This document shows positions 54,201 to 64,000 of a stretch of 64,000 nt of DNA, piece after piece. The stretch is from NCBI GenBank assembly GCA_028534125.1, contig CM052816.1, positions 49,168,001-49,232,000 on the forward strand, in the 5' to 3' direction. Under the pieces are notes generated by a model that made no database searches, was not told where the DNA came from, and saw nothing but the letters and a program-made list of their open reading frames with translations. The translations under genes were made by a program, and so were the position numbers. Numbering within the stretch: the stretch's first letter is position 1; each line of letters begins with the position of its first letter. Source of the DNA: Lama glama (taxonomy: Eukaryota).

Positions 54201-54680
54201 TTGACAGTATGTATCCTTGACATGATGTAATGACAGTGGCACCTTATGTCTGAGGTCTTTATCCCCAAAACCCGTAAGCCCAGTCTATTCATGACAAAAA
54301 CAGCAGAAGAATCTTAATTGAAGGGCATTCTATAAAATACCTAAGCAATATGGCTCAAAACTGTCAAGATCACCAAAAACGAAAAGGGTTTAAGAAACTG
54401 TCACATGCAAGAGTAGCTTAAGGAGACATGAAAACAAAATGTAATATGGTATCTTGGATACGATCCTCTACAGAGAAAGGACAGTAGGTAAAAACTAAGG
54501 AAATATGAATAAACTGTTCACTTTAGTTAATATTAGTGTGTCAATTATGAACTGTTAATTGTAACAAATATACCATACTAATACGTTAATAAGAAGGTAA
54601 ACTGGGGGCAAGGTACATAGAAACCCTGTACTATCTTCTCAAAGTTTTGAAAATCTAAAACTGTTATTTTTTTTTTAAAA
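51235..54680 (+). mobile_element. L1MC-type LINE (L1MC2/3-like): degraded ORF2 from the RT FADD region through a long 3'UTR
   Basis: Starts FTNDMIDY (cf. FADDMIVY); aatctaacaaaatatgtaca, ctagaagaaaacata, accatacaatccaacagttgcactcctagg; L1MC UTR motifs aagaaagtggagcacaaatccccactc and ctatcttctcaaagttttgaaaatctaaaactgtt. Confidence 0.9.
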
Positions 54681-55064
54681 CAGCTCACAATTGAGAAAGT
54701 CAAGATATTACTATACTATGCAATGTTAAGAGGTACACTTTTTCCCCCCACTAGGTAGGGCATTTATTACTGAGCACATGTCAGGGATGGCTTATGTGGC
54801 CAGCCCCCAATAGCAGCCAGGACCCCTACCCTCAATGCCCCTCTGGGTCCCAGAGCTGGTGAGAAGCCACGAGGGTGAGGACAGGGCTGCAGGACCTTGG
54901 GCAGGCTAGATCCCAGGGTCCCACTCGAGGATGTCAGCAAAATTTAAATAGTAAGCTACCGGTGGCTAAGTTAATACAGGCACAAAGAAACGACGCCTTT
55001 AGAAGAGTCTCACAAAGGAGTCATATAATCTAATACACATTTCAGGAAAAGACTTCGGTGAGAG

Positions 55065-56232
55065 CTCTGAGGAAAACATAGGGAAAAGTCTCCTTGGTAA
55101 TTAATTACTTTTTGGCAGTAATTTTTTTAATATGACTCCAAAAGCAAAGGCAACTAAAACAAAAATCAACAATTGAGACTACATCAATCTAGAATCTTCT
55201 GCACAACAAGAGAAACCATCAATAGAATTAAAAGGCAATTTGTGGGATGACAGATAATATTTGCAAACCATATATCTAATAGAGGTTAATATCTAAAATA
55301 CATAAGGAACTTATGCAGCTTAATAGCAAAAAACAATCTGATTTGAACATGGGCAAAGTACCTGAAGAAACGTTTTTCCAAAGAAGACATACAAATGGCC
55401 AACAAGTGCATGAAAAGGTGTTCAATATCACTAATCATCAGAGAAATGCAAATCAGGACCACAATGAAATGTTACCTCACACCTGTTAGAGTGGCTATTA
55501 TCAAAAAGTCAAGAGATAACAAGTGCTGGAGAGGATGTGAGCTGTCGGCAGGAATGTAAATTGGTGCAGTACAGAGTTTTCTCCAAAAATAAAAATAGAA
55601 TTACTAAATGATTCAGCCATCTCACTTCTTGGTATATACCCAAAGGAAACAAAATCAGTATCTCAGAAAGATATCTGCAACTTCATGTTCACCGCAGCAT
55701 TATGTGCAATAGCCAAATCATAAAAACTACCTAAATGACCACTGACAGATGAATGGATGAAGAAAATTCAGCCATAGTTAAGACAAATGAAATAAATTAT
55801 ACAGGGAAAGATAAATACAGTATGATCTCCCTTATATGTGGAATCCAAAAAACTCAAACTCATAGAAACAGAGTAGATTGATGGTTGCAGAGAATAGATT
55901 GATGATTAAGGGGGTGGATAAAGGAGTGAGAGAAATGGGTAAAAGTGGCCAAAGAGTACAAACTTGCAGTTAATAGATGAATAAGTTCTGAGAATATAAT
56001 GAACAGTGTGGTAACTATAGTTAACAACACTGTATTCTGTATTTGAAGAGAATAGTTTGAAAGTTCTCAACACACACATGTAACTATGTGAGGTGATGGA
56101 TTGATGGATGTGTTAACTAATCTTACTGTGATAATCATTTTGCAATATATACTGATACGAAATCATCATGTTGTACATGTTAAACTTACACAGTGTTGTA
56201 TGTCAATTATATCTTAATCAAGCTGGAAAAAA
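55065..56232 (+). mobile_element. L1MA8-10-like LINE, 3' portion
   Basis: tatgactccaaaagcaaaggcaac..ccaaagaagacatacaaatggccaac..taactatgtgaggtgatgg..tgtcaattatatcttaatcaagctggaaaaaa. Confidence 0.9.
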
Positions 56233-56254
56233 ATTGACCATTTTGTGATTGTTA

Positions 56255-56650
56255 GTGATTGAGAGATTGTTTAACAGGTGTTTGTAGTAATCTAGTTAAG
56301 AGTCAATGAAGCATGACCAGCAGGAATAAACAGGCAGATACGAGTTTAAGAGAGATGGGGAAGAGGATTCAATACTATTTGATTTGTAAGTGAATATGAA
56401 AGATTGAAAAAACTTAGTTCATTAGTGCGTGATTTACAAGGTTTAGACTGAGAATGTAGATCAAGGTTTTAACTGATTATAGGGAACAAGAAAGAGGTGC
56501 AAATATGAGGGGAAAATTATGAATTTAGCTTTTTGTATGCTGCTTTTTGAAATTCTTGAGTATTTCCCAAGAGTAGATATCTAGCAGGTAAGTGGGCATT
56601 TTATGTTTTTCAGGAAGTTCCTGGCTGGTAATAAAGATGTGGGGATTAAA
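56255..56650 (-). mobile_element. L2 LINE fragment
   Basis: ttgtagtaatctag...tatgaatttagctttttg...gtagatatctagcaggtaagtgg...ctggctggtaataaagatgtgggga. Confidence 0.6.
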
Positions 56651-56737
56651 TTAACCAGGGTTCAGTTTCAGATAATCTAATCTAATCTTGCTGATTTGTA
56701 TAGAAAGAGACTTATTACATTATTTTAGATTGCATAC

Positions 56738-57022
56738 TGTCGGCAGCCTTAAGTGAGTAGGCGTGGGGCCCAGGCCAAAGTTCACAATAGCTTGCACCTG
56801 GTAAGAGGTAAATGTACGCATGCGCCAGTAGCATGAGTCAGCATTATGAACAATACGCAGGCGCCACTAGCATTATAAAAGGACAAGTGCCTACACCTGA
56901 AGGCCGCCCACCCGCTTGTACTGCAGTGAAGTGCTGTTTTGCTCCATGTTGGCTCCTCGCTCCTTCTTCCAGTTGGGGCAGCTCACCTCCTCCGATCCCT
57001 CTTCAGCCTCTCTCCGCTGACA
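56738..57022 (+). mobile_element. Young 285-bp ERV solo LTR with 5-bp TSD (CATAC)
   Basis: catac|TGTCGGCAG...CCGCTGACA|catac; imperfect inverted termini, TATAAAA at 56874-56880, CpGs retained. Confidence 0.85.
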
Positions 57023-57537
57023 CATACCTAACTGGTGAATCATCTAAAGGAACAGGCTCTGGCCTGAACTTCTATAATAGCCGTAATCCAGAATCTGCTG
57101 AGTCAGGAAGCCACTTTTACCATGGCTAACAACTAAGATACTGAGTTTAAAATCATGCTAATATAGCCACCACTCATAGCAGCAAAACACATCATTTTTT
57201 AGGCTCCCCCCCACCCCAGCATCCTAACTTACTGTTGGAGGCAGAATGATGATCTGGGAAGCTGGGAATGTTACCTAACATGGCAAAAGGGGCTTTGCAG
57301 ATTCTAATTAAGGATATGGACCTTGGGACAGGTAGATTGTCCTGATTACCCATGTGGGCCCAATTGTTAGAGGTCACTGGGAGGACATGACTGCTGGTTG
57401 ACTTGAGAACTGGACCCTGGCAGTCAAGTTTCCTCACTCCTCCTATCCTTGGAATGTACTTTTTGCCTGTCATCTCCGCTCTAGGAACCGTTTCAAGAAA
57501 CACAGACTTGAGAGGGTAAGGTGTTACTGAGATCATC

Positions 57538-58118
57538 TGGTACCAAACCAGTTCTGTTTTGTCCCATGTGCTGTAAGCGACATGGCTGAGACAACGAGGT
57601 TTGCAGCAAACAGAGGGCTTATTCACAAGGCAGCCAAGCGAGGGAATGAGAGAACAATTCTCACATCTCCTTCCTCTAAGGCAAAGGGCTTGAGGTTTTT
57701 CTGAGGTAAAGCAGCAGTGGTCTGAGAGGTATTTCTGAGGTAAAGCAGCAGTGGTCTGAGGCTTGAGGAGCGTGGAGAGCGTGGGCGAGGTGATTGGGAA
57801 AAGGTGTGGTAATCAGTAACCATCCTTCTGCGCAGGCGTCTGCACGTTTTAAAGCAAAGGCACGTAGCACGCTCTGAGGGTGGAGCTTTCAGCCCTTCGG
57901 CTTCAACAGGTTGCGGAGTGGTTCTCTCTCATCTAAACCACCTCAGCTTGAACAAGACATAGACTTGGATTACAATTTTCTGGAAAACAACTCGGGCAAA
58001 CATCTTTCCTTTGAAGCTATGTGCTTGGCTTGGAGGATGTGCAAGTCTTAAAAGGACCTTGATTAGTGAATCAAGTTACAGGCGAAGTGGACTTAACTAA
58101 TGATAACCCACCATTTCA
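57538..58118 (-). mobile_element. ERV1-type solo LTR 'B' inserted in LTR A
   Basis: tggtacc...tttca ends; shares long blocks with 62474-63050 (gctgagac/tgacgaggtttgcagca, ttattca..aaggcagccaa, cagcttgaac, ctggaaaaca). Confidence 0.7.
57692..57760. repeat. 34-bp tandem duplication inside LTR B
   Basis: gaggt(t/a)tttctgaggtaaagcagcagtggtctga twice, one mismatch. Confidence 0.95.
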
Positions 58119-58661
58119 CTTACGGGCTGAATATGTGAGTGAACCCCCTGAAGTTCTGTACAGAAACTTTTAGGATTCTGGCGACGGGTTCGGAGATTAG
58201 TCGTCTTGTGGTCATTGAAGACAAGCCTCCTGTAAGTTCACTTGCTTATAAGAACTGCCACCATCTCTCTCTGGAGTGGTTTGCCTCCTTCATAAGTCTC
58301 TCGCTGCCCTCCAGGTAAAGGGATGAGTTTAGACTTTACCAGGGAATCCCCCAGTTTGTGAACCCAGGCCAGTCTAATCAAATGGGTTGTTAAGAGACTC
58401 TTTCCAGCTGCAGCAAATCCAAGGTTCAACAGGAGGAGGATTCAATCTACCTGTCGCTGGTATTTAAGGCGGAGGAAGACAGCCTAATCCAGGGAACAGG
58501 AAGGTCTCAAGGAATTGTTTCTAGAGGAAGCATTCTCCAGCAGAAATGCAGCCCTGCTGACACCTTGATTTTGTCCAGCGAGACCCATATTGGATTTGCA
58601 AGCTGCAGGATTCTAAGGTAAGAAAAAAAATTGTGGGGGGTTTGTGTGTATTTGAAATAGG

Positions 58662-59158
58662 CTTTTAATTTTTTTAACATATTCAATTGTGGTTAAATAT
58701 GCAAATGTAAAATTTACCACTTCAGTTGTTTTTAAATATACTGTTCATTAGTGTTAAGTATAGTCCCAGTATGATGTGTGCCCAATCTCCAGAACTTTTT
58801 ATCCTGCAAACTGAAATTCTGTTCTAAACGACCACTCCCCATTCCCGTGCCCCCTCCAACCCTTGGTAACCACCATTTTACTTTGTCTCTATTAATTTGA
58901 CTGCTTTAGATACCTCACATAAGTAGAATCAAATAGTATGTCTTTTTTGACTGGCTTATTTCACGTGGTATGTCTGTAAGGATTATGCCTGTTATAGCGT
59001 ATGTCCAAATTTCTTTCTCTTTTTTGGCTGAAATAATATTTCGTTGTACATATATACTGTATTTTGTTTATGTATTCATTTGTTGATGGATATTTGGGTA
59101 CCTTTTGGCTATTTTAAATGTATTTGAATAATGCTGCTATGAAATGAGTGTACAAATT
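58662..59158 (-). mobile_element. L1MB-like 3' end
   Basis: ttgtggttaaatat..aaatttaccac..ctccagaactttttatcctgcaaactgaaa..ggtaaccaccattttactttgtctct..tgactggcttatttcac. Confidence 0.88.
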
Positions 59159-59172
59159 AGTGTTTTAAGCCA

Positions 59173-59546
59173 TTATGTTGAAAGTTTGCTAATATTTTGT
59201 TGAGGAAATTTGCATCTGTTTATCAGGGATATTGGCCCATGATTTTCTTGTGGCATCCTTGTCTGGTTTTGGTTAGGGTAATGCTAACCTCATAAAATGA
59301 GTTTCTTTCTTTCTATTTTGGGGTGATTTGCTGGAGTTTGAGAAGGGTTGATGTTAATACTTTTGAAAGTTTAATAGAATTGACCAATGGAGATGTCTGG
59401 TCCAGGACTTTTGTTTGTTGGGGAGTTTTTGATGACTGATTCAGTCTCCTTACTAGTAATTGGTCTGTTGAGATTTTCAATTTCTTTCATGATTCAGTCA
59501 TGGTAGATTGTGTGTTTTTAGGAGTAGATCGATTTCTTCTAGGTTT
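59173..59546 (-). mobile_element. L1 ORF2 internal fragment
   Basis: gtttgctaatattttgttgagga..atcagggatattggcc..ggtaatgctaacctcataaaatgagtt..tctggtccaggactt. Confidence 0.85.
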
Positions 59547-59859
59547 AGTCAACTAAGTTTGTAGTAATTGTTATGGCAGCAAAAAAAATACTAATACACT
59601 TGATTTCAGTCTTTTTTAGATTGTAAGTGTACATATCTGTTCAACAAATCTTAAGTCATTTTTACGTAAGTAGCTGCAAAGAAATCTGATAAATGTAGCA
59701 CTTAGCTTTTTCATCTCTATAGTCAAGAAGGCTTAGTAAATTAGAGTTAGAATGATTGTTAAAGTGTCACTTTACAATAGCATCACAGGAGTCATTGCTA
59801 TGGATATAGATTAAAAATAAATAGGAATTTTGTTTTCATGGATTGAAGAGAGAAAGCAA

Positions 59860-60110
59860 TACTACAAGGCAGGGAGGAAAAAAAACCTAATTCATATGAC
59901 TGAAGAGAATTGTCAGAGTTCATTTCTGTGTGTGTGAGAATGATTTTGAGTTAGAGTCAAATGACCAAAAATGTCAGCTTGCACGGAGGAGCCAAGAAGA
60001 ATAAGATTCAAAAAGGTAAAGGTGATGTTGGTGAGAAGTTTCTGGAATTGGTATAAACGGAAAATAAATGGCAGTGAATTGAGAAGTGAATGAGGGCTAA
60101 GGAGTTTTCT
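59860..60110 (-). mobile_element. L2 LINE fragment
   Basis: ggtgatgttggtgagaagtttc...gcagtgaattgagaagtgaatgagggctaagga. Confidence 0.55.
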
Positions 60111-62473
60111 TTCATAAATAATAACATAGATGGATGATTGGATATTTCTACCTAGTCAGTATTTCTCTGTATGTTGGAGAATTTCAGAACAAGTTACACA
60201 CTCTGCACATACTGAAAGGAAATCTGAAGCAATCGTAAGTAAAAGAGCAGTAAGACCCCAGCAATACACAGGGGAGATATGGTAGTCTCCACTTTGTCAA
60301 ATAGGTGGTGTCTGGTAGAAGAAGATAAGAAGCAACTTCACATTCTGGTGGGGGAGTCTTCCAGGTAATAATCAGCTCGAAAGACTTTGTTTTGCTGTTT
60401 GAGTCTATGTTAAGGAAGGTCTCAAAAGCCACTCTGACCCCAGCTGTAGAAGGCATTTCGTGGGATTCTCTTGTGTGGGGTTTGCTGCAGGCGTTTTGCA
60501 GAGCACAGAGGGAACTTGAATTCATCACTGCAGTATTTGGAATGAAAATAGAAACAAATATCTAAAGGGAAATAAATATAATTGATGACACTGTGTAGTC
60601 AAACAGAAAGTGTATGTATTTTAAGGATGATCTTTAAACAAAACCAGACCAGAACGTGATGCATGTTGTAGTAATTGACATTTCATTGCAATGTACCCCA
60701 TGCAGGTTGTTGGCTTCATAACAATACAGGGCAAACAGTTGCATAGCCCAAATTGAGGTGCTACACCATCAATTCAGTATATGCAAAGGAGGTGTCTAAA
60801 ATTCTTTTCATATTCCTTTGACCCAAACACCTAGGGTCATTAAAGAGTTACATTGGAAACAGAATTTCAGCCTTCCTTGCCATCATGCAGAAGGGATGAC
60901 AGCTTATTTTAACTCCATCACTTAAGAGGTAGTCTCAAAAGGAAAAAGCAGCTTTAAACATATTCCAATCCTATTGAACAGTGAAGCTACTCAAGCCAGT
61001 ACTAGTACACTGGGGATCTTTCCCTCCCCTTAGAAGGCTGGAAACTCAGGAAAAGCTGAGTATGTCCCCTTCCCCACTTTTCCATTTCCAGACTGTACCA
61101 GACCTAATAGGAGAAATTATCTTTGATTAATTTCAGAATTTTATTATACTGGACTGGAAATGCTAACATCAGAACTGAAACATTTTTTTCTAAAATGATC
61201 TGATGGTTTCTTGTGATTGAAGAATGAGCAAATAAGCTTTGGGACTAGGTAGAGGTTTTACTCTGAAGCTGGCTAAATCTATCGCCACAGAGCAGATTTA
61301 AACAATAGGTATGGGGAAAATATATCTGCTTGCAATTGACACTGGATGAGCCCTGATCTTTCAGTGCACCTCGTGTATGTATGCTAAGCTGTTCTCTGGC
61401 CCAAGAACATGTGTATGTCCAGAGAACAAGCTCTTCATCTGTCGTGTTCCCTCAGACTTTTCTCTTACCAACCTGTTTGCTGATCTCCTTCTGCCTGCTT
61501 TGTTGATTTTTAAACATTGATGTCTTATTGTGAACACCCGCTTTCAGTTCTGCTAATTGAGGTAGGTTTCTAATGAGCGTAGCTAGTCAGCCACAGCTGT
61601 ATGTAATTGCAGAAGAGAGGTGTTCTCACTAGGTCATTATTTGAGCTAACCAACCCCCTACTCTGCAAGTGGTATATCCCTCCCAGAACATTACTGACTC
61701 ATAGAAATCAACTCCCAGACATGAGTTTACGAAAGCTAATCTGGTTAGCAAAAATGCTACACATTAGGCTAATAATGCCTCACTTGACCTGATTTCTTGC
61801 CGCTTTACTGTAGAGTAAAGGGAAGAGCTGCCCTTGACCCAGTTGCTTAATTTTCTGTTTTTATTGGATTTTATATTTTCTGACTTAGAAGAAAAATAAA
61901 AGGACTGCTCTGATCACGACACTGTAAGTCATGTGAAGAAGATACTTTTCAACAGAAGAAACGTGTTCTTAAGTGTTTTGTAACATACAGCATTAAACTG
62001 TCAAGATTCCCTCACCTAATAGTGTATTTTGTTCAGTTCAGCATTTACGTCTATACTGAGAGTGCACATTCAATAGTATTGCCAGCCAGGGTGCAGACAC
62101 ACAAAAATGATGGTGTGAAAACTTAATGTCTATTAAATTTGCTGAGGAATTTTTTTACATTCTATGGAAGAAGCCAGAATTACTGTCCTAGTCTTGCACT
62201 TGAAATACTGAACTGACATTTAGGCAGCTTCAGTGCCTATTAATACACATTTAAAGGGTTAGAGAAGGTACTATTGACTGTAAAAGGTAAATGTGAAAAG
62301 CTGATTTCAATTTGTACTGGGCATTTTTCGCACATTCTCAGATCTTTGCAATGGAACTGAACCCTTACCCTTCTGTACGCTGATGGAGTCTTATTTCCTG
62401 AACCTCATGGCAAGCCATTTGCAGAGAACCGTTCTGATCACTGCTGAAAAATGAGGTTTGGAAAGAGTTAAAC

Positions 62474-63050
62474 AGTTGACAAAACCAGGTGCAGCAAACC
62501 AAACGCTGAGATGACGAGGTTTGCAGCAGTTTATTCAGAAGGCAGCCAACTGAGAAGGGAGGACAGATCTCCGATCTGCCTCCCCGAAGGCAAGAGGCTT
62601 GACATATTTAGGGGATAAAGAAGCAGGGGGGTCTTTTTCGTGGGGAAAGGTGATTGGAGGGAGGGAAAAATGTGAGGTAATTTGTGTCTTGTGCAGGTGT
62701 GTCTGCTTTTTCATGAGAAGCGTGTCGTAGGCCTCTGTTCATAGACCACCTGCAGAGGCCCAGTGTTAGGGTCGGAGGTCCCAACTAGTCTTAGCCAGCT
62801 TGAACTGGACAGGAGCCAACTGCAAGTTCCTGGAAAACATCTTAAGCCCCCGTTACTATAGTGCTATACATTAGAGATGTTACCTGTAGGGGTAGTTAAG
62901 GAGTCGAAAACAATCAAGTGAAGGCAGGTTACAAACAGAGGGATTTTTTTTTAACAAGCTGTTCCGCTACCTGCTGTTCCCCTACCTACTGTTCAGTAAA
63001 ACAAGCTCAAGAATTTGTGAGTCACCAGTTTTTGTTAGCCCATCTTGAAA
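62474..63050 (-). mobile_element. ERV1-type solo LTR related to LTR B
   Basis: gctgagatgacgaggtttgcagcagtttattcagaaggcagccaa..gatctgcctccccgaagg..ccagcttgaactggac..ttcctggaaaaca; minus-strand AATAAA near 62530. Confidence 0.75.
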
Positions 63051-63699
63051 CCTTGCCCCATAGGGCATTTATTAACTAGAATTCTTTTCTTTTGATACAG
63101 AATAATTTTCCCTTACCAACTATATTTGGTTACTCTAAGATATAGTTCATATAAGAAAAGCCAAATAAGTTACTTGATTCTTTCATGTATCTTTTGGTTC
63201 TTACCATTCATTTAATTCTGTACTTTTTTTTAACCATCTAAAAGCAATGCTAAGACTACTAATGTCAATAATATCATTTAATACAGTTTAGTGTTTCTTC
63301 ATATTTTTTCCTTAGGATTATTTCATTCTGAACTGTCAAACTTATATTTTAAAAGCTCTTATAAGTGTTCCCTGGGCAATTATGCCACAAGTTTAATAAA
63401 AAAATTAATTAAGTGGTACCAGTTTGTTTTAAATTACTGGAAAAAATTTAAAATGTGTGGAGTCTTATAAAACATATAGTTTCTAATGTCATGATTATAA
63501 AAGAAACTAAATTTAGGGAGGTCTTGTTTCTTTCATTGTCCCCTTCATGTTTTTTTTTTTCCTCTTACCTATATGTGATTATTAATAGCTTTTGGCTTAT
63601 TCTTTCACTATTTCTTCCTAGAAATGAACAACTATGTAAAAAGAAGCAGGGAAATGTGAATATATATGCTCATACAATCAGTGCTACTCTGTAGCGGTC

Positions 63700-63945
63700 A
63701 TCTTCCCATATTCCTTTCATTCCATGCATAGAACTCTATTGTGTGGATATAACATAGTCTTTGGTTCCCATGAATAATGCAAAAATGCACAGCCATGTGC
63801 ATAAGTGATTTCATATTTTTGCCATTGCATGTTTTGAGTAGAGTACTAGAAGTGGGGCTGACATATAATTTAGCTAGGTACTGCAACCAAAATGATGATT
63901 TCAACATTTTGGATTTCCACCAACAATGTGAGAGTTTGTTTTCCT
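63700..63945 (-). mobile_element. Ancient L1ME fragment
   Basis: gcatagaactctattgtgtggatataacatag...ttccaccaacaatgtgagagt. Confidence 0.55.
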
Positions 63946-64000
63946 ATGGAACAGTGTTACAAGCATAGTATGTTACCAAACTTCTGAATGTTCTGAATGG

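Larger units (their letters stand above)
57365..58369 (+). mobile_element. ERV LTR 'A' inserted in MLT1D and itself interrupted
   Basis: Starts tgttagagg, interrupts MLT1D, and resumes after 58118 with R/U5-like sequence (agacaagcctcctgtaagttcacttgcttataagaactgcc). Confidence 0.6.
57233..59598 (+). mobile_element. MLT1D MaLR LTR broken into four pieces (about 57233-57364, 58370-58650, 59159-59172, 59547-59598)
   Basis: Consensus order is preserved across the inserts: gaatgttacctaacatggcaaaagg..gggcccaa | tctaatca..gccctgctgacaccttgatttt | tgttttaagcca | ctaagtttgtagtaattgttatggcagc..ctaataca. Confidence 0.85.

Noticed and set aside
57692..57760. 34-bp direct repeat as a CRISPR-like unit
   Set aside because: Only two abutting copies with no spacer, inside a mammalian LTR.
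56812..57870. ORFs of 105 and 144 aa
   Set aside because: They run across LTR and MLT1D junctions, with no recognisable domain or splice structure.
57538..63050. Two related same-orientation LTRs about 4.4 kb apart read as one provirus
   Set aside because: The LTRs are clearly diverged from each other. The interval holds MLT1D, L1, L2 and unique DNA with no gag/pol/env or PBS, so these are independent solo LTRs.
1..64000. A novel multi-gene or prokaryote-type system
   Set aside because: No operon-like ORFs, spacer arrays or foreign-composition coding inserts. The window is consistent with mammalian non-coding DNA and repeats.

Overview
AT-rich, CpG-depleted eutherian mammal DNA that reads as intergenic or deep-intronic. 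I can support no protein-coding exon, tRNA, rRNA or CRISPR array. A large part of the window is recognisable interspersed repeats. Old classes are MIR, L2, L1M, MLT1 MaLR LTRs and MER53/MER63/MER94/Tigger DNA-transposon relics; younger ones are lineage L1 3' ends and ERV solo LTRs. The young L1 3'UTRs and the absence of Alu, B1/B2, Bov-A/BovB or PRE1 SINEs suggest a cetartiodactyl, most likely a camelid (inference). A 500-N assembly gap lies at 35204-35703. The best-supported structures are a 285-bp solo LTR with an exact 5-bp TSD and promoter-type motifs (56738-57022), an L1 inversion junction beside the gap, and a nested LTR/L1 cluster (57233-59598). A palindromic MER53 carries a miR-1302-like arm, and a few repeat-free or ancient-element segments could be regulatory. 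I found no convincing novel multi-gene system. Repeat family names come from remembered consensus sequences and need RepeatMasker/Dfam confirmation; most boundaries are approximate.
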